From positions 1-12,026 of the forward strand of contig CBDANC010000001.1 of the NCBI GenBank assembly GCA_965197425.1: a stretch of DNA of 12,026 bases. Reading direction: 5' to 3'. This DNA is from Bdellovibrionales bacterium (lineage in GTDB: Bacteria > Bdellovibrionota > Bdellovibrionia > Bdellovibrionales > JAUICD01). The notes under the pieces are model-generated. The model was given only the letters and a program-made list of their open reading frames with translations, made no database searches and had not been told where the DNA came from. The translations under genes and the position numbers were made by a program. This document shows, piece by piece, positions 7,321 through 12,026 of the stretch. The stretch's first letter is position 1. The number at the start of each line of letters is the position of its first letter.

Positions 7321-7480
7321 GAGGTTTGTGGCAGAAATTTGAGCTAGCCTTCAGGCCAGAGCATTATGAGGTAGAGGTTCTAAGAAAATGTTTGATTCTA
7401 TAATAAGTTCATAAAATTACTAAAGGTGCAATGCTCGGGGGTGCCTGCTAGCTAGCAAGAACTTCTGCCATAAACCCTTG
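7321..7480 (-). repeat. Family B repeat, copy B2 (long nested palindrome)
   Basis: GGTTTGTGGCAGAA(7323-7336)/TTCTGCCATAAACC(7463-7476) pairs at 13/14. Nested GCTAGC(7343)/GCTAGC(7451) and GAGCATT(7359-7365)/AATGCTC(7430-7436). Inverted homology to 3535-3739. Confidence 0.7.
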
Positions 7481-7549
7481 GTAATAATTTTAAAAACAGA
7501 TAACAGTATTTATCTTTAAAGCACCAAGGTCATAAAACTACTAATAGAG

Positions 7550-8059
7550 GTGGGTATGAAAAAAGTAACAAAAACAAAACAAGTGATTGGCTTAATTTTA
7601 ATTGTAGTTTTTGGCCTTGTAATATGGGATATCTTTATAATTCCTGATAAATCTGATCTATTCTTTAAACTTTGGGCAGATGACGTTCAACTATTACAAG
7701 AAAATAAAAATTTACCTGATGAATTGAAAAATGTAAAAACTGTCTCCATACAACCTCTTAATCAAGAGGCAACAGATCTTATAGAAGGAGGTAGACCTCC
7801 TTTTAATACAAATTCAAAGGGTAATTTGAAATTAGAAGTTTTATTAGATGTTTGGCAAGAAGATGGATTTGAAAACACAGAAAAACAAGAAGGGGTTTAT
7901 ATTCAATATAATCTTATGTCTGACAATGGAAACACAATTTGGGAACTTTCAAGAACTATTTTGCTTCCAGAAAGTTCTTCTTTAATCTCGTCTTGGTTTC
8001 CAGAATTCTTTGAAGAAAGTCCAGACGACACAACAGAAGATAACTTAATGGAAAACTAA
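7550..8059 (+). CDS. Hypothetical protein with an N-terminal membrane anchor and acidic tail
   Basis: 169 aa from GTG 7550 (or ATG 7556 after GAGG). Basic N-terminus, hydrophobic VIGLILIVVFGLVIWDIFII, then a globular remainder. Confidence 0.8.
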   Translation: MGMKKVTKTKQVIGLILIVVFGLVIWDIFIIPDKSDLFFKLWADDVQLLQENKNLPDELKNVKTVSIQPLNQEATDLIEGGRPPFNTNSKGNLKLEVLLDVWQEDGFENTEKQEGVYIQYNLMSDNGNTIWELSRTILLPESSSLISSWFPEFFEESPDDTTEDNLMEN

Positions 8060-8265
8060 AATTTAAGTTCTGCAAGTGGTAAATTACTATTTGTTTTCAT
8101 AGATAAAGCTTGAACCGACTCCACTTTATTATCCAATAACTTAGTAGAAGCCATCTCTTTTGATACGTTTGCTGTATAAGATATGGCAATATTAAAAGCT
8201 ATTCCTACTATAGAAAGGGAGAGAAATCGGAAAACCTTCTCAGTAATATACATGTTTTTATTCAT
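8056..8265 (-). CDS. Small membrane-anchored/secreted protein (69 aa)
   Basis: AAGGAG RBS (8279-8274) 8 nt before ATG 8265. One hydrophobic segment FLSLSIVGIAFNIAISY. A sigma54-type promoter lies upstream. Its stop overlaps the convergent gene's stop by 4 nt. Confidence 0.7.
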   Translation of the reverse strand: MNKNMYITEKVFRFLSLSIVGIAFNIAISYTANVSKEMASTKLLDNKVESVQALSMKTNSNLPLAELKF

Positions 8266-8313
8266 GATACACGCTCCTTGAATTAACGTTCTACTTCAAT
8301 ATGCTTTATTACT

Positions 8314-8330
8314 AGCAAGTTCCTTGCCAA
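8314..8330 (-). promoter_or_regulatory. Sigma54 (-24/-12) promoter
   Basis: Minus strand TTGGCAAGGAACTTGCT has GG-N10-GC spacing and closely matches TGGCAC-N5-TTGCW. It lies ~50 nt upstream of ATG 8265. Confidence 0.7.
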
Positions 8331-8640
8331 CTTGAATAACTCTTAAGATACTTGCCAAAACCTGTTTTATTTCTATTTTATATTTATTTTTACAATATAT
8401 TATTCTCTAAAAGAGACATTTTCTGTAAAAATACTGACGGATTTTGTCGTTACACTTCACTAAAAACCCTTGCGCTTAATCTTCTTATTAAGTGAACTTT
8501 GTTGTCCAAGAAATTAACAACCTTAGTTTTGTGCGAAAATAAGACATTTTCCCTAATGTTATTTAAGAGTTTAACCGAAGAACTACTATAAGATTCATAT
8601 ATCAAAAACAAACAAAAAAGAATGTTAGGGATTTAAGGCT

Positions 8641-11094
8641 TTGAAGAAGTTTCGATATTCTAAGATTCATAATAAGCTAAAAAAAAATGTATTTCTTTTT
8701 TTTAGAAATACAAATCCTACATATTTAAACATCCTATACATTTTAACCGCTTTTATCCCTATCTTTCTACTTTCTTTTCAAAATTGTAGAACAACCGATA
8801 TAGATATATCATCAGGAGACTCAAACTCTGCAGAAGTCACCTATAAAACAGGACAAATCATTGAAATAGACTCTACAGATGGTTCCGCTAAAGAAGACCG
8901 TCTCCTTCCGGCTGATACAGATATAAAACTACAATTCCTCAATGCTGATCCAGTTTCCGACAATTACAAGTGGTCGATCCAAAGAGGCTTTGATCCTATC
9001 GTAACAACCTCAACAACAGCAGATAAATATCAAACAAAGTTTTCCTCAGGATTGGGGGCTTATGATGTATCTGCCAACGCCTATCAATCAAATGCCTTTA
9101 AAACAAGAGCTAGTAAAAGATTTGTAGTTGGAGATTCTTGCTCACTCAATGATATTTTAGAAATAGAACTCTCATCAGATAGCGCAGCTTCTTTCAAAGC
9201 TGGTGCATCCGACGCTATTACATTTGCCTTGAAAGATAGCACAAACTTCTCTTCTATCCAATGGAAAGCTAAACTTCCTTCAGGAGAAACTGCAACAAAC
9301 GAGACAGATGTAGATACATTAGAAATAGACCTCTCTGAAGAAAGCTCTGGAACATTGCTAATTGAAGTTTCTGCTGTAAGCTCTGATGCTGAAAAGGCTG
9401 GATGTCTAACTTATAGAAAAAAAGAAGTCACTATCTCTTCAAACCTAATACCTTATTTCAATCCATTAAATTTCACAGATGGTACAAATAACATACCCGT
9501 AATATTAGAAAACAATCACATTTATAAATATGAAAGATCAGATACAACTCGTTTTGTACAAATAGAAGTGCTTAATGCAGATACTTGCCAATATCGAGCT
9601 AATAATAGTAGTAAAGTTAATTTTAATTGTAGTGGAGAGATGATAGAAATCCCTGCAAGCTCAGGTACAGATTGTATAAAAGGAACAATCACTCTTTTTG
9701 CATCTAACAGTCAAGGTCAATCTTCTTTACAAATTTATTATTATTATTGCGAAGAAGATAGTGATTATTGCTACTTTGGACCTATTAATGAGAGAGTTGG
9801 ATCACATGTATGTCCAGTCGCAAGTGAAGGTGAACAAGGATCTCAAGAATCCAGAAGTGAGTTTGAATTTGATCCAGTGGCTACAACTACAACTACAACG
9901 CCATTAGTCACAGCTACATCAGTTACAACTCCTTCAGTTACAACTCCTTCAGTTACACAACCAACTACAAGTTCTCCTCCAGTTAATGGAGTCTGTAATA
10001 ATACTGTTAGAAATGGATGCTCTAAAGGAACCGCAAATGACAATGCTATCGCAGATACAAGCACTCTTTACAAATGGCACTGTGTAGGTTCAAACGGTGG
10101 CAACACTGTTACAAATTGTCAATCAGTTACAACTCCTTCAGTTACACAACCAACTACAAGTTCTCCTCCAGTTAATGGAGTCTGTAATAATGCTGTTAGA
10201 AATGGATGCTCTAAAGGAACCGCAAATGACAATGCTATCGCAGATACAAGCACTCTTTACAAATGGCACTGTGTAGGTTCAAACGGTGGCAACACTGTTA
10301 CAAATTGTCAAAAAACAAAATCAGTTAATGGAGTCTGTAATAATGCTGTTAGAAATGGTTGCTCCACTGGAACTGCAAACTCCAATGCCATAGCAGACAC
10401 AAACACTCTTTACAAATGGCACTGTGTAGGTTCAGACGGAGGCAATACTGCTACAAATTGTCAAAAAGCAAAATCCACAACAGAAAATGGTCAGTGTAAT
10501 AATAATGTGAAATATGATTGTTCATCATCAACAGCAGCTACTAATAAAACTGCTAGTGGTGGGTTTGATCGTTGGCATTGCCCAGGATCTGGCACACCTA
10601 CCGGCAACACTGTTACAAATTGTCAAAAAGCAATACCTAATTGTTCTACTTCTACTTCATGTAATAGCAGTAACCCTACAAACTCAACGTGTCGAGTAGA
10701 CAGTAATGGATGTTATAGCTGGTCTTGTGACATAGGGTACTCAAAAAGTGGCAATTCATGTGTTCCCCCTTCTCCATCAAGCTGTACTTGTAACAACTCT
10801 GTAGTTAATGGATGTGGCAACACTTGCAGTGCCAGCCAAACACCAAGTGATACTCCAACCCTTCATCGGTGGACTTGGACTACTAAAAGTGGTTACACAT
10901 CATCAGACACTTGTAGTAGCTCATGTCTAAGTAGGCAGTACACTTCATCAAGTGCATGCAATAGTGGCAAACCAGCATATCAAACCTGTCAACAGCAAAC
11001 TAATGGATGTTATCAAAGAACAGGCTCGTGTCCAAGTGGGCAGTATACTTCATCAAGCGCATGCAACAGTGGCAAACCAGCATATCAAACCTAG
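8641..11094 (+). CDS. Large Cys-rich repeat surface lipoprotein, 5' part (817 aa, ended by an insertion-created TAG)
   Basis: TTG start (uncertain). Hydrophobic ILYILTAFIPIFLLSFQNC with Cys49 as the probable lipid-anchored residue. Beta-rich N-terminal region, Thr/Ser/Pro linker, then tandem Cys modules. Confidence 0.85.
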   Translation: MKKFRYSKIHNKLKKNVFLFFRNTNPTYLNILYILTAFIPIFLLSFQNCRTTDIDISSGDSNSAEVTYKTGQIIEIDSTDGSAKEDRLLPADTDIKLQFLNADPVSDNYKWSIQRGFDPIVTTSTTADKYQTKFSSGLGAYDVSANAYQSNAFKTRASKRFVVGDSCSLNDILEIELSSDSAASFKAGASDAITFALKDSTNFSSIQWKAKLPSGETATNETDVDTLEIDLSEESSGTLLIEVSAVSSDAEKAGCLTYRKKEVTISSNLIPYFNPLNFTDGTNNIPVILENNHIYKYERSDTTRFVQIEVLNADTCQYRANNSSKVNFNCSGEMIEIPASSGTDCIKGTITLFASNSQGQSSLQIYYYYCEEDSDYCYFGPINERVGSHVCPVASEGEQGSQESRSEFEFDPVATTTTTTPLVTATSVTTPSVTTPSVTQPTTSSPPVNGVCNNTVRNGCSKGTANDNAIADTSTLYKWHCVGSNGGNTVTNCQSVTTPSVTQPTTSSPPVNGVCNNAVRNGCSKGTANDNAIADTSTLYKWHCVGSNGGNTVTNCQKTKSVNGVCNNAVRNGCSTGTANSNAIADTNTLYKWHCVGSDGGNTATNCQKAKSTTENGQCNNNVKYDCSSSTAATNKTASGGFDRWHCPGSGTPTGNTVTNCQKAIPNCSTSTSCNSSNPTNSTCRVDSNGCYSWSCDIGYSKSGNSCVPPSPSSCTCNNSVVNGCGNTCSASQTPSDTPTLHRWTWTTKSGYTSSDTCSSSCLSRQYTSSSACNSGKPAYQTCQQQTNGCYQRTGSCPSGQYTSSSACNSGKPAYQT
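9919..10465 (+). repeat. Coding tandem repeats: 15-bp SVTTP units and a 189-bp duplication
   Basis: TCAGTTACAACTCCT at 9919 and 9934. 9934-10122 versus 10123-10311 differ at one base (ACT/GCT). A third diverged NGVCNN...WHCVGSxGG...NCQ module starts at ~10322. Confidence 0.9.
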
Positions 11095-11170
11095 TCAACA
11101 GCAAACTAATGGATGTTATCAAAGGACAGGCTCTTGTCCAAGTGGACAGTATACTTCATCAAGCGCATGT
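10936..11170 (+). repeat. Coding tandem repeat, 105-bp unit (QYTSSSACNSGKPAYQTCQQQTNGCYQRTGSCPSG)
   Basis: Units start at 10936, 11041 and 11147 (partial). The second unit is 106 bp because of an extra A at 11093. Confidence 0.9.
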
Positions 11171-12026
11171 AACTCTGCGAATCCTAATAACTCAACATGT
11201 AGCTCACAAGGCAATGGATGTTATGCTTGGACATGTGATACTGATTATCGCAAAAGTGTTAATAATTGTGTACTCTGTACAACTTCTAATTCATGTGATA
11301 ACAGTAAACCAGCAAACTCTACTTGTAGCACAGATAGTAATGGATGTTATAGCTGGTCTTGTAACAGCGGTTACCGAAAAAGTGGTAATAGCTGCGTAGC
11401 TTGTACAACTTCCAGTTCATGTGATAGCAGTAAACCGACAAACTCAACATGTAGTGCAGATAGTAACGCATGTTATAGCTGGGCTTGTAACACAGGTTAC
11501 CAAAGAAGTGGTAATTCATGTGTCCGAGCACCAGGACCAGTTTGTGGTACAAATCGAAACACTTGTAACCCCGGTACTGCTAATGACTCAGCTGTTACTG
11601 ATACCACAAGTACATATAAATGGAGATGTTCTCATAATGGACAAAGTATAAATACCTGCTTCTCCTGCCAATCTGGCTACAGAAAGAGTGGTAATAGCTG
11701 TCTAGCCTGTACAACTTTTAGTTCATGTGACAGGTCTAATCCTAGTAACTCAACATGTAGTGCTGATAGTAATGGATGTTATAGCTGGGCTTGTAATAGT
11801 GGCTATACACAAAGTAGTAACTCATGTGTCCGAACACAAGGACCAGTTTGTGGTACAAATCGAAACACTTGTAACCCCGGTACTGCTAATGACTCAGCTG
11901 TTACTGATACCACAAGTACATATAAATGGAGATGTTCTCATAATGGACAAAGTATAAATACCTGCTTCTCCTGCCAATCTGGCTACAGAAAGAGTGGTAA
12001 TAGCTGTCTAGCCTGTACAACTTTTA
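11096..12026 (+). pseudogene. Frameshifted continuation of the Cys-rich lipoprotein (310 open codons, runs off the window)
   Basis: The frame from CAA 11096 has no stop to the window end: QQQTNGCYQRTGSCPSGQYTSSSACNSANPNNSTCSSQGNGCYAWTCDTDYRKSVNNCVLCTTSNSCDNSKPANSTC...CYSWSCNSGYRKSGNSCV...GPVCGTNRNTCNPGTANDSAVTDTTSTYKWRCSHNG... Confidence 0.85.
11415..12026 (+). repeat. Coding tandem repeat, 306-bp (102 aa) unit
   Basis: 11415-11720 versus 11721-12026. The distal ~190 bp (AGGACCAGTTTGTGG...ACAACTTTTA) reads identical by eye, while the proximal part has diverged. Confidence 0.9.

Noticed and set aside
1298..8630. CCCTAA/TTAGGG as telomeric repeats
   Set aside because: They are isolated hexamers in a bacterial gene context, never tandem.
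9698..11957. Short ORFs at 9698, 9843, 10514, 11007, 11319, 11421 and 11727
   Set aside because: They are off-frame or antisense products of the repetitive lipoprotein gene. The real continuation is the frame from 11096.
9919..12026. CRISPR array or DGR template/variable repeat pair
   Set aside because: The repeats are in-frame coding units without unique spacers. Differences in the 105-bp units are synonymous and not adenine-specific. No cas or reverse transcriptase gene is present.
1..12026. GGNCC avoidance as evidence for endonuclease specificity
   Set aside because: Several GGNCC sites are present (e.g. 1436, 3251, 9778) and the window is too short for a test.

Overview
AT-rich bacterial window, probably from a Bdellovibrionota-like genome (inferred from the GspD type, an FQNC lipobox, and sigma28/sigma54 promoter-like motifs). 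From left to right it holds the 5' part of a type II secretion secretin (gspD, minus strand, missed by the ORF track) and a divergent recG. Next is a ~3.9-kb accessory block with a small secreted protein, a dCTP deaminase, a beta-class SPPY DNA methyltransferase and an Eco47II-like endonuclease. It is followed by a membrane protein, a small ORF with a sigma54-type promoter, and a giant Cys-rich repeat lipoprotein that is interrupted by a single-base insertion at 11093 and runs off the window. The most striking unannotated signal is two families of hairpin-forming intergenic repeats. Family A has 3 full copies and 1 internally deleted copy, with compensatory base changes and G.U pairs. Family B has 2 diverged inverted copies. 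Together they bracket the accessory genes in nested inverted orientation.
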